From positions 5,022,001 through 5,086,000 of the forward strand of contig CM082590.2 in the NCBI GenBank assembly GCA_040954595.2: DNA of 64,000 nt. The letters run 5' to 3'. The notes below the pieces were generated by a model that made no database searches, was not told the origin of the DNA, and saw only the letters and a program-made list of their open reading frames with translations. Both the position numbers and the translations under genes were made by a program. Shown here piece by piece: positions 1-11,826 of this stretch (its first letter is position 1; every line of letters begins with the position of its first letter). The DNA is from Balanoglossus misakiensis (taxonomy: Eukaryota; Animalia; Hemichordata).

Positions 1-998
1 TTTGGCTCTCGCGTATTTAGCGTAAATTTAATGCTAGCGAAAATAAAGTGTTTTACAGTATGTAGTGGTAATTGCTCTTCAAGAGATAAAATATTTTGCG
101 GTATAAGACAAAATATCCTACAAAATATAAAAGTTCCAAATTACCTCTGATTTGATTCCATTATAATTCTAAAGAAGCCAATCCCATTAACTTACAACTC
201 AAATTTTAAAGTAATCAGCCATACAGTGTACACTTTCTGAGAAATATAATTTGTTATCAAAATTCGAAAATATGCCCCCAAAATACAAGATATTGCCCCC
301 ACAAAACATTGGCACTTTAATCAAAGGTTTTGTAAATCATCATGAGAACTCACCCAGGAAAGTAATGGGGGTAGAGGGTCTGAGAAAGAGTATTGACCGA
401 AAATGGCAAAAATCACTCCAAAAATATATTATTGAATTCATCACGTTGATTTGAAAAACATACATGCAAATCTTACCAAATTTCAGTGCAATCTGACAAG
501 CGGTTTTAGAGGGAAAAACAATTATCAAAAAAAGCAAAAATTGCTCCAAAATTATAAAGATGCAAATTTTGCAACAATTTAAACAAAACTATAGTAACTC
601 AGATCACATATATGAAGCTTCATACTAAATGTCAAAGAAGTCGGCTGATCAATTCCAGAAAAGTAGATTTTTTACCAAAAATGTGAAAAAAGACGAAAAA
701 TGCATAAAAATAGAAAATTCACTCTTTTAGCTCAAAACATACAGAACCGTGTGAGGTTAACAAAAGACTAATTTTCAAATCAATATGACCATTGGTTGTT
801 GAGTTTCTGAGTTTTCGACCGATTTCACGTTTTCCCAGCTAATTTGCATATTTTTGGCAATGAAAACTACGCACCAAATGGTCCTGGAATGTTTCAAATT
901 TGAGGCGGCTTTGTCGGCCAGACCTGAGATGGTTTAAAGGATTAACACCTCTCTGCAACACATTGTCTATGGGGACGATCTAGTGCCAGTGGGTCTAT

Positions 999-1142
999 GT
1001 TTTGTGTGTGTGTGTGTGTGCGTGCGCGTGCGTGTGTGTGCGTGCGTGCGTGCGTGCGTGTGTGTGTGTGTGTGTGTGTCTGTGTGTGTGTGTGTCTGTC
1101 TGTGTGTGTGTCTGCGTGTGTGCGTATGTATGTGCACGTGTG
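999..1142. repeat. Compound (TG)n/(CGTG)n/(TCTG)n microsatellite in an intron of the ankyrin gene
   Basis: Directly visible. It explains the spurious VC/HT-rich ORFs at 942-1218. Confidence 0.95.
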
Positions 1143-1809
1143 TGGATACAAACCCTTTCAATTCAAAGGATTAATTCTGTTGTTGCAAATGACAAATAGT
1201 GTCTCGAAAACATTTTGATATAGTTTTACCCAGTGTGAACATGGTATCAGTTTACAGGAGTTTTGTTCAATGTGGTTCAGCTTTAGTGCTACTACAGTAA
1301 CAGCATCAGGGGTGCTATAGAAAGCGGTGTTGCGAACTGCAACAACGTATTTGCAAACAGGAAAGTGCGTAAAATGGACCTTGAAATACGCCGTAGTTGA
1401 GAATTAATTCCTGCCACAGAGAACTTGAAACGCCATAGTTGACCCTCAAAAATACCTAGAAAATATTGGCTGAGGGCACACTCAACATGGTGCAAACTGT
1501 TTGCAGTGGACATCCCAGGGTCGGTTAGTGTATTTTTCGTGGAAAAATTTACATAAGGAATATCTTGTTAGCATCAAAAAACCATTTTATTTCAACAAAA
1601 ATCATTATTTTAAAACAATATTTCCATTAAAAGTTGTTGCTTACCAGAAAGCCAGACTGTCTATTGTTATTTTGTTGTATGTAATTGAAATACAATTTCA
1701 GGTAAATTTATTAAGCTCTTTGCGTGCACTGCACGTGGAAAATAAAATATCAAACGCTAGCCTTGAGCGATGACTCTGTATCAAACATCGGTCAATACAA
1801 AACACTTAC

Positions 1810-1908
1810 CACGAACAGGTCTGTACCCGTTGCATTGACATCATATCCATCAGCTATCAGCGACTGAATCTTTGCAACATCACCCGTCCATGCGGCATCG
1901 AAGAGATC
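1810..1908 (-). CDS. Ankyrin-repeat exon (exon 2 of a gene continuing past the left edge)
   Basis: 99-nt phase-0/0 exon, ttacag|...|gtaagt, translating to DLFDAAWTGDVAKIQSLIADGYDVNATGTDLFV. This is 33 codons and fits the ankyrin consensus LxxAAxxGxxxxxxxLIxxGxDVNA. Confidence 0.85.
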
Positions 1909-3586
1909 CTGTAACATTCAACAAGAAACACTTCTTTTATCAAAATATTCTCAAAATGCAATTATAAGCAACAGAAATATAAAACAAAGGAAAACATTGA
2001 AATCATCATTAATGAAGAAATATGAAGACAAAACATGATCATTTCACTGTCAATAAAATAACGACATCATATTGTGAGTAAACAAAGACAACACAAATAC
2101 TCTTCTCCAAGACAAAACAGCAAGATCTCCAAAGGGCAACAGGAAAACAGAAATATTCCCAGGGAAAATGGACATTGCTTCTCCGTAAATTTTCAAGACT
2201 TGATCCTTTTCCATGACTTTTCAACACTAAAAATAGACAATTTGCAAAATATAGAAGAAAATCAGACAATAAATGCCCCCTTAGTGTCTAATTTACAGAA
2301 ACTGGGACAGATAATGCCATAATACAAATACAAAGCAATAACATTGTTTCTAATACAAAGAACTTGGGTTTAGACACCCATCTGTATTTCAAATCTCGTT
2401 TGAACATTGTTGGAAGAAGTACCATTTTTTATCATTTTCAAAGACAGTGATGATAACTGGAAAGCATCCCCTTCTCTGTGATAGTTTTGGGAACATGCAT
2501 GGATAGCCATTTTCCCTGAGTGTATCACCACCACTGGGGTCAAAGTTCACAATCTTTTGACAATCACATTCATATATTTTCTTTATTTTCTCATTCTGCA
2601 TACAGAAATATACAGAGCTTCCCTCTGTAGTTTTTCTCTGTAGTACCGTAGGTACCATGAGTATGTGAGAAATAACACAATGACTTTGTCGCAGACAAAA
2701 TTGGTGTTCAAGAATGTGGTCATTAAACAATTCAATTTAACAAGAATGATATGAATAATTTTCTATCATTGCTACAAAAACCAAGTGATCAAAGGTTAGC
2801 ATGCCATTAAACTGAGTGCGGCTGAAACACCCTTCGCTTACAATCAACATTTGTGTCACCTTGAATGAACTCGCCTACAGGTCAGAAAGGTCATTGTCTT
2901 TTGATATGGTAATTAGTATCTATGTGGAGTGAGTCACTGTAGAGATGCTTATCAGACTCTGGAATGATTGACTATACAGTAATACAGACATAGATTGAAA
3001 ACGATTGATTGTGATAATAAAATATGACGAGAGGTTTATTACAAGTCAAATCTTTGTACGTCCAGCACAAACAACGAACAGTTTCGGGACTTTCCATGAT
3101 GATAATTGTTACAATTTGTGTGCCCCACCCACATGGCCACAGTCTCTCTCACTCAGAACTCACGGATTGACTGACTGAATTCCACAGATGTTTGGACAGT
3201 CATTGTCATGCAGAACAAATCAGAGCTTCGCGTGTAGACAAACATTTTAGGGCTACAATACACGCATAGCACAGAGCTGGTTGGAGCTGACTTGCAATTG
3301 GAGCCCACATATATTGCCGTGTCTACAAGTTGTTGTGTGCAGTGTTGAATTTCATCGACAATTTGTCAAGTTTTCACAACTGTCATTTTGCTGCGACACG
3401 TTCTGCCCGAGCGGTAATTTGTAAATTTTGTCCTTCAAACGTTTCACTCCACCCGAACCATGAATAATCTCAGCAGACGGATATTTATTCTGAAACACCT
3501 GTTGATTAGATTATGGGCGTCCATGACCAGAGACGGACTTCTACAACCTCAGAAACTGTTGCCCGTTCAGTTCAAGGGTCACTTAC

Positions 3587-3616
3587 CAGTGGATCTTTAT
3601 CTTCCTGGGAAGCCAT
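3587..3616 (-). CDS. Putative first coding exon of the ankyrin gene (MASQEDKDPL)
   Basis: acaATGG start context, 10 codons, then a gtaagt donor in phase 0 that is compatible with exon 1810-1908. Confidence 0.7.
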
Positions 3617-3737
3617 TGTTATATGTCATTAACATTGCCTTGGCATTCATTCACAAATTACTTCATTTAACACCCGTCTTTTGTTCGAACGTCCAGTTAT
3701 ATAACTCCAGGTTGGACAAGTGAAAGTCCTTTGGTTC

Positions 3738-3764
3738 CAAGATGGCGTCGTCTTGTCACGTGAT
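3738..3764. promoter_or_regulatory. Possible proximal promoter motifs (YY1-like CAAGATGGCG, E-box GTCACGTGAT)
   Basis: Two recognisable motifs lie ~120-150 bp upstream of the putative ATG. Motif match only. Confidence 0.3.
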
Positions 3765-5269
3765 TTAGGAGGAAATGGGCGACTTCAAATAAATGAGGGA
3801 CAGGGGGGAACAGACTACTAATTTTGAACCCAGGTGGGGCACTCACTTTATGGCCTCGTCTAGACTTTTGACACACCGATTTTGGATAGAATGAAGTCTT
3901 TTGACCATTTTAGAACTAAAAGGACGACTTTTGAAGCCGGATTTTGACCGACAATTGAGTTTGTGTTTTGGAGTTTTACAGCTGAGTCTCCCCCGGGGTG
4001 TTTACGGTGCAAAGAAAAAAACAGAATGTTCCGGTTAGAATCGTGTTGTTAAATGAAAAATCAGAATTTGACAACAAATCTTATTTAGTTTCTATCATAT
4101 TAGTAGCAAGCTACTCTCCCTTAATAAATCCATGAGCTGTAACTTTTTGGGGTCACAAAATTCATTTTCAAACTGTGCGAATATTTAATTTAGGTCATAC
4201 AGATGTATGCAATGAAGTATATACACATATTATAAACCCTATAAGTATGATTGTATATGCAAGTTTTAACCAGATAAACAACGGAACATGGCGGCCACTA
4301 CGGGAAAATGCAAAATTCAATGAAAACAGTGCATTCCCCTCTTTGAAAATTTATCAACAAAGCATATTTCACTTCGAAAATTTGCCGAACACTTTGAAAT
4401 AGTCCGTAGGCTTACTGTTGCAATTATGGTGAGAGAATTGTCTGTTGAATTGAAAGTCTCTGAAAGTCTGAACAGAGAGACGAGCAAGAAGACAAATCAG
4501 AAGAGCCCAGAAAAGGATCGAGTATGAACTTCATTGCAAACCAAACATTGTCACATTCATTGTACATTATAATGTTTGAATACTGGCCGGGGTTCGCTGG
4601 TATGTAGGTCGACATGCCTATGCATGCGGAGAGAGGTGTTGTCATAGCAACACACAGCCTTGTCACGCCAAACGGGAATGCTGTCTGTTGTAGGGCCTAT
4701 ACGGGGGTCTGCAGCACGTCCCTTCATAAATTTAAGGGTGGACTAATTTATATCCTGGCTAGAAGTGGCGGCCTGCTAGATTGCGTGGCAACGACAGATT
4801 TGCTTTTGCCCATGGCGTGAAGTCTCCAGTAATATTATGAAGGGTATAGGCCGGAAGAAATAGGGGGGGGGGGGTCATACTTTTGAAACCTGTCTATTAG
4901 GGAGGGTCACATTCTACAAAACTGACTCTAGAGGGGGGGGCAGAGGTCCGATTTTAGATAGGGATGTTGGGGGCAGGGTCACCGTTACATGATGGACCGT
5001 CCCCAATTTCCCCCAACCCACAGCTCTAATTACTGAAGCCTCCCTTAAGGTCAAAATCCATGAAAGCATCAATATGGGATTTTGAGAGCCATAGAGATTT
5101 GGAAAGTGTACATTTATACGCAATTTGGGTATATTCCTGGGGACTTCAAAAGTATATTTTTCTTCTTTAATTCATGAAAACGTTGCTAATATCAGTCCGT
5201 GCCACAAAAATCAAGCTAATATTGTTTATATAACATTTACAGGTTATTTACGACAAATTTATTGTCTAT

Positions 5270-5490
5270 ATTTTTTATTTATTTATTTTATTTAATTCAT
5301 TCATATCAAACACAGAAAGTTTGTCTACTTAGGTTAGGATGACTGAAACAGGTGTGAATCACCTATACAGAGCCAGTTGAGAATAAAAGTGCCTTGCACA
5401 AGGGCACAACATCTTGGCCATGAAGTCACGTGACCATTCTCAAATAGAAAATCCATGGCCATGTCCATGTCTGACCACTAGGCCTAGATG
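5270..5490 (-). mobile_element. Degenerate SINE
   Basis: The minus strand has gttgtgcccttgtgcaaggcactt, which resembles the conserved central domain of CORE/V-type SINEs, and a (TAAA)n tail at ~5270-5295. Confidence 0.45.
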
Positions 5491-7778
5491 TCTCCTTGAA
5501 TGTATTTCATCTATGGATGTTTTACTATTTAAAATTGAAGTTGCGTCATTTCCACTCAGAAGTCAAATAATGAAGCGACTTGTTAGAATTTGTCCTCTCT
5601 CGTATACTGGTTATCTTCATCTTGATTGTGTGCTGAAATATTATGAGGGATTTTATTCTGAAAATTGTCACAAGAAGCCAAAACTTCCCTTTATTTTCTT
5701 CTTAGCGACTATGGTCGATTTATTTCCATAGTGTGTCACATTCCAATGGAATGAATTGTCTCTCTCCCCATGAAAGAACATCTAGCCCCCTTAGGATACC
5801 AAATGATGACTCCCTGAGTACTTAACTCATTGCCAATTCTTCAAACATCCAAAGGATAATTTGCCTGATAGTAGTTTTCTCTATAATCAAAATCACTTGC
5901 AACTACAACACAACCATGAACTGTTACACAGAAAAGAACTTGCTTCTTTTTTTCTTTCTTTAAAGGGTGCGAGGTGAACCAGTCACAAATCAACATCGTA
6001 ACCAGGGTAACTTCCCATTTCATGTCAAAGGTCATACTTCTATCCTCTGCTCGCATTAATAGTGATGTTTTGTCTGTTTGGGGGGGGGGGGCGATTTCTG
6101 AGGGAGACTACACTTTCTACATGCTCAATCTTGAAGGTAGCTGTGTTGTGATTGGTTATCTACACATTTGTCTCAGTAGGCAACCAATCAAAGCACGGTT
6201 TACTTTCCAGGAGTTGAGTGAACTGAAGTGGGTTTGCTTTCAATACGTGGGTTGTTTCCACAAAAATCAGTCCTCAAAACTCTTCCATGCTTTTTTGAAT
6301 TAAAGTGTACGCAAAGTCTATTTGAAAAAACAAAGAAGATTTTCATCACCTTGGTTTCATAAAAAAATCAATAATGTTCACCATGGATTTAACACAGATT
6401 AGCGGCCATCTTGAATTTCAAATTTGAGACAATTTTGTCATTTAAATTTTTTACGATGAATAATGATCTGTTTTCTCAATTTGTAGAGAGAATTATCTGA
6501 AGTTGTATTCAGGAAAATATGAACTCAATTTTCAGACTGATTTTGAAGGCACATGTTAAAACTAGTTCATGTCTTGTATTGCAATAATTTGGCGGCCCAT
6601 GTTCCACTCGGGAGAAAAAATGCCAACAAAGGAGACACACATATACACAAAAGATTGCAAAAGTAAACAATTTATTTTAAAAACATCAAGGATTAAAATA
6701 CACATAAAAATCCTTCTGGCAGTGAAAAAGCAGTAAAAGATTCAATTCTCAAGTCTTCATTAAAAGATATCTAAAATCTGCAGTTGATGAAACTGCATTG
6801 CAAATGATTGGTATAATTTGTAATATTCATATCCAAAACGAGGTCTTACAATTGGAAAATATATTTAACCCTTTCACCCCCTTTCCTCTTTAAAGGTTTA
6901 ACCCCACATAGAAAACAACAGGTTTGGACTGAACCATTGTGGTGAAAGGGTACAAAGCACCCCAGTTTCCACAAAACATAAGTTGTGATCTGTGAAAATC
7001 AACCAGATTTCATTGGCAGGCTCCTGTAAGCTTCGCAGACTGTTACTTTAAAATTGTCATTAATAAAATTGGACTTGCAGGGCAATCACACGCTGACCAT
7101 CAAATTCAGTGTAATTTTCATTAAGGATGTACAACTGATAAAAGTGAAAGTTATTGTCATTTTTATGGAAGATTTTAAGTTGCCCTGGCTTTTCTAAGTG
7201 TACCAAAAATCTGTAACAAAATATAGGGGTCACGATGCTTGTTTTTGAAATACAAAGCTGTGAATTTAGCCAAACTTAAAAACAGCTGAGTAATTGTTTT
7301 TACCAATGGGTGTCTATGGCCAAAAAAAAAGTTATTTCAAAATTGAGTGTGTGCATGGTGACCACAATATCTTGTTTGAGTTCTGATTTTAATTTCCATG
7401 AAATGACGATAGTAAAAGCGCGTTATCTGGTAATTCTCAATGAAATCCTCTGGGAGAGACATATTCCTTGTGCTCCAAGTGTGCGTATGTCCTTAACTGA
7501 CCATCAGCACCAATGCTGCAATAGAACAGAAATTTATGGTTAGAAATTGAGCATTTCAGACCCTAATTGCTCTAGCCCTGGACTGGTCATTAATTCAACA
7601 GGTATTGAAAACTATAAGTATATTGTCTATAAACACCGAGAAATTGACAATGTTGTAGAGACCAAAAATAGATTTAAGGGGACCACTTGCTTGCAAGGCT
7701 GGTTCATTTAAAGTCCCAAATTGCTGCTATTTCTTGCAATATTTTCGATTTACTTCAAACTGTGAACAGGCCACTTAA

Positions 7779-8140
7779 AGGGTCAAAGTCTCTCCCTCAC
7801 TGCCATTTTCCCATCAATTATGTTTGATATACGACGCCGCTTATATTAAAGTAAATGTGTATATGTAGTGAATGAACGTTTGACCACACACAACTTCCAT
7901 CCCACTTGTATGATATAAGGGTAAAATTTGGCCCAAAATGAATAAATGTTGGAGAACGATTATTCATTTTGGTCATTTTTTTCACTCCTGTGTCTACAAG
8001 CGGGATGGAAGGTGTATGTCCTGTTTGTAGGATGAGAGTAAAAATGTCACAAAAATGAATAAACGGTAAACACCGATTATTCATTTTGGCGAGTGTTTCA
8101 CTCAGCTCGTGTGAGTTGTGTGTGGAAGTTATTTCGATTT
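7779..8140. mobile_element. Truncated, diverged copy of the TTAA-flanked AGGGACAAAGTC MITE family
   Basis: ttaa|agggtcaaagtctctc start, and internal sequence matching the full copies at 37760-38105 and 41306-41649. Confidence 0.65.
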
Positions 8141-8337
8141 TGTTGATAAACTGAAATGTATTTCATTTGGCCACGCTATGTATGTCATCCCCACAAGTCT
8201 TTAGGATGTAATGTTACTCAGGGGTCATGAAAGTGGCCTATTCAATTTACTGACACTGTAATGCAATTCAAGTGAATGGGCGTATTCATCTGTAAGTTTC
8301 TGTTCAAAACTTCTACAACCAGATACACAGGACTTAC

Positions 8338-8481
8338 CTCCATACGGACCACCGCTCTGACGACCACTGCCACCCTAACCACCAGAACCACCACCGCTGC
8401 CCCTCATTGGTCCATAATTTGACTGTCCACTGGCATAATTGCTTCCAAAGTCATTGTAGTTTCCACCACTGTTGCCATACC
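8338..8481 (-). pseudogene. Orphan hnRNP A/B-family (A1/A2/A3-like) Gly-rich PY-NLS/M9 exon with in-frame stop
   Basis: 144-nt phase-1/1 exon, aaag|...|gtaagt, translating to (G)YGNSGGNYNDFGSNYASGQSNYGPMRGSGGGSGG*GGSGRQSGGPYG. It matches the hnRNP A1 pattern NDFG...NFGPMKG...RSSGPYG. TAG at 8375-8377. No RRM exons were found in the window. Confidence 0.8.
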
Positions 8482-8879
8482 CTTTCATTTAGGAAAAACA
8501 ATAGAAATGCATTATCATAACAATAGTGCTATGCAAAATACCTTGAATTGTTTTACCTGTTGAAAAAAATCAAGAAAATTAATATCAGTCTCTAAAATTT
8601 ATGCATTTTTGACCAGATTTTACTCTCATATCATACAAGTAGGATGGAAGTTGTGTGTGGTTGAACTTTCATTCCCTTCATATGACTTATAGTCCATGGG
8701 CCAGGACCCGATTTTTCATGAATTGGTATCAGAAAGATGGACAAAGCCTCATGTGGTTTTTTGGAAAGGCCTATATCTCTAGATTATGAATTGGGGTGAT
8801 AGCCCTGCCTATCGAGTAGCTTTCTGCATTTTTTCCCTCAAAAACTAATATAAGAACATAAAAATTTCCGACCCAAATT

Positions 8880-9975
8880 TTGGGGGTAGGGGAACTTTAA
8901 ATTGCTGTAACTCCAGCAAAACTAAAGCCAGAACAGTCATTTACCACTCAAATTGTGTGTTTTTTAGAACTCTACCAATATAATATATTTTGGTGGTAAT
9001 TCGTTTTGAATTGAGGTCAGTAGAGGTCAAAAGGTCATGAAATTTGGGTCATTCTGAAAATTTGTAGTATGACTATTTCTTGAACGATGTTTTTGAACTT
9101 AAGTCTTCAAATGTCATTTACAAGATAAAATACTCTCCCAGAATCTATTTCAAACCAATAGAAGACCTTATTATTCATTTATGACCAGAAAAACACAAAT
9201 AAAGAGAAACGACAGAAAGACATCCAATTTTCCACTCAGATTTAAGGGTAGGGGAAACTTAAGTTCTTGTAACTCCGGCAAAAATAAACCCAGAACAGTC
9301 ATCTACCACTCAAATTGTGTTTTTTTTTTAGAACTCTGCCAATATAATATATTTTGGTGGTAATTCGTTTTGAATTGAGGTCAATAGAGGTCAAAAGGTC
9401 ATGAAATTTGGGTCATTCTGAACATTTGTAGTATGACTATTTCTTGAACGATTTTTTTTAACTTAAGTCTTTAAATGTCATTTAGAAGATAAAATACTCT
9501 CCCAGAATCTATTTCAAACCAATAAAAAAACCTATTATTCAATTACGATCAGAAAAACACAAATACAGAGATACGGAAGAATGGCACAAGACTTCAGACC
9601 CTGATATTGGGGTAGGGGAAACTTAAGTAGTTGTAACTCCGGTCAAAATAAAGCCAGAGCAGTCATCTACCTCTCAAATTGTGTGTTTTTTAGCACTCTA
9701 CCGATTGTAATATGTATTTGTTGCAATTTTATTTTGAATTTAGGTCAAAGAGGTCAAAAGATCACAAGATTTGGGTAATTTCGAAAAATTATGGTACGAA
9801 CATTTCCCGCATTAATTTTTTAAACCCAAGTCTTCAAATGTCATTTATGAGATAAAATACTCTACACGATTTTTTTCAGACCAATTGAAGACCTTATTAT
9901 TCAATTAAAATCAGAAAAAAAATTAGTAGAGAAACTGGATAATAACAAACAATTCCCACGGATTTTGGGGTAGGT
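8880..9975. repeat. Three ~363-bp subterminal tandem repeats in the left arm (mirrored at ~12140-13235)
   Basis: The motif ggggtagggga(a)actt recurs at ~8883, ~9246 and ~9609, with a diverged start at ~9967. Confidence 0.85.
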
Positions 9976-10293
9976 TTGGCCATCTAACAGGTAAGTATAC
10001 ACCCAACTGATCATGCACATATGGTGTTTAGGAGAACGGATGTGCAGATTTGTGAACCTTTGCATGCTGCTCATGTGCACTGTACTTGTATGATGATTCC
10101 TAACAATACTACGAGAAGGGGCCATTATAGCATTGTAGCTCTGATTGTGTATTATTGTTGGATACCATCCTACAGTGTACAGGCACAGCAGATGACAAGC
10201 CAAGCAAAGGTTCAAAAATCTGCTTATTTTTTTTTCCTCAACACAATATGAGCATGATCAATTTATATTCAGGTCTACTATAATAAATAAAAA

Positions 10294-11245
10294 ATGGCAA
10301 ACCCATCTTCTATTCCACACAAGAGGGCTCGACGGGATTGTTTTCTCGACTGTCATGAATCCGACCATAAAGCAAGCCTCGTCACTCTACAAGATCACGC
10401 CTTCTGGATAACTTTGCTGAATACAGCTAACATACAAAAATACAAACCAATTCAAGACCTCGCCATTGGTTTGGGCGAAGGTGAAATTCCTCAGGTGCAG
10501 TGCCATCGGAAATGCCGAATTCTCTTTACGATGAAAAAGGCTCTTAAATCTATCCTTTCTAAAGAGCAGTCGTCATCAACTGAGGGAACCAATACACTGG
10601 AACGTGAAAAGAGGTCGAGCATACAAGGGTCTCGGGTGTACGATCATATTTGCATAATTTGCTCCACCACCAAGTACATGAAGGGAAGTAGGACAAGAGC
10701 TCCTTTAGTTCGTTGTCATCAATTCCGTGCGGACAACACATTAAGGGAGGCAGCAACAAGAAAAAATGACAGTAAAATTCGTGCACTTCTCAGTCGTGAG
10801 TTGGTTGCTGCTGAGGGTCACTATCATAGAGCAGGTTCAAGTCATATGGAGGTTGATGAAAGTCAACATGATCAAGATACTAGTTATGAGGATGTCCTGC
10901 AAATTGCTCAAGAAGAGTTATTTTCTTTTATCAGAAATGATTTGTTCACAAACCCTGAGGTAGTTCCCCTGACTGATCTATCAAACAAGTTAGTTACCAA
11001 AATGCTCCAACTTGGTGTTAAACAGGTTAACAATTCCACCAACAAAACTTGCAGCATACGCTAAATACGGAATTCAAAGGGACATTGATTTTTTTAGATG
11101 ATGTAAATGGTAGGGTGCTTGTATATCCGTCATCACTAGATATAGGTACTGTTGACCTGAAGTACAATGCTGTAAGAAAAGAACTTCTTGCAGCAGAAAA
11201 ACAATCACATGAAAGTATCATCACCACATCTGCTCTAATCCTGCT
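10294..11245 (+). pseudogene. N-terminal fragment of an Academ-like transposase (left arm), frameshifted near 11040-11064 and truncated
   Basis: Motifs HRKC, CIIC...C and ELVAAEGHYHR resemble the Cys/His-rich N-terminus of Academ proteins. The reading continues in ORF 11049-11294. No catalytic domain is present. Confidence 0.65.
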
Positions 11246-11826
11246 TACGCTGCTTGAATATCAGGCCTTGTATAGTCCCTATAACACTTTCTAAGATAGT
11301 GACCCTCAGCAGCAACCAACTCACGACTGAGAAGTGCACGAATTTTACTGTCATTTTTTCTTGTTGCTGCCTCCCTTAATGTGTTGTCCGTACGCAATTG
11401 CTGACAACGAACTAAAGGAGCTCTTGTCCTACTTCCCTTCATGTACTTGGTGGTGGAGCAAAATAGGCAAATATGATCGTACACCCGAGACCCTTGTATG
11501 CTCGACCTCTTTTCACGTTCCAGTGTATTTGTTCCCTCAGTTGATGACGACTGCTCTTTAGAAAGGATAGATTCAAGAGCCTTTTTCATCGTAAAGAGAC
11601 TTCGGCATTTCCGATGGTACTGCACCTGAGGAATTTCACCTTCGCCCAAACCAATGGCGAGGTCCTGAATTGGTTTGTATTTTTGTATGTTAGCTGTATT
11701 CAGCAAAGTTATCCAGGAGGCGTGATCTTGTAGAGTAACGAGGCTTGCTTTATGGTCGGATTCATGACAGTCGAGAAAACAATCCCGTCGAGCCCTCTTG
11801 TGTGGAATAGAAGATGGGCTTGCCAT
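11245..11826 (-). pseudogene. Inverted second copy of the transposase N-terminus (right arm)
   Basis: Near-identical to ORF 10294, but it keeps KCYRDYTRPDIQAA, which is missing from the left copy. Confidence 0.65.

Noticed and set aside
942-1218. His/Thr- and Cys/Val-rich ORFs
   Set aside because: They are translations of the microsatellite.
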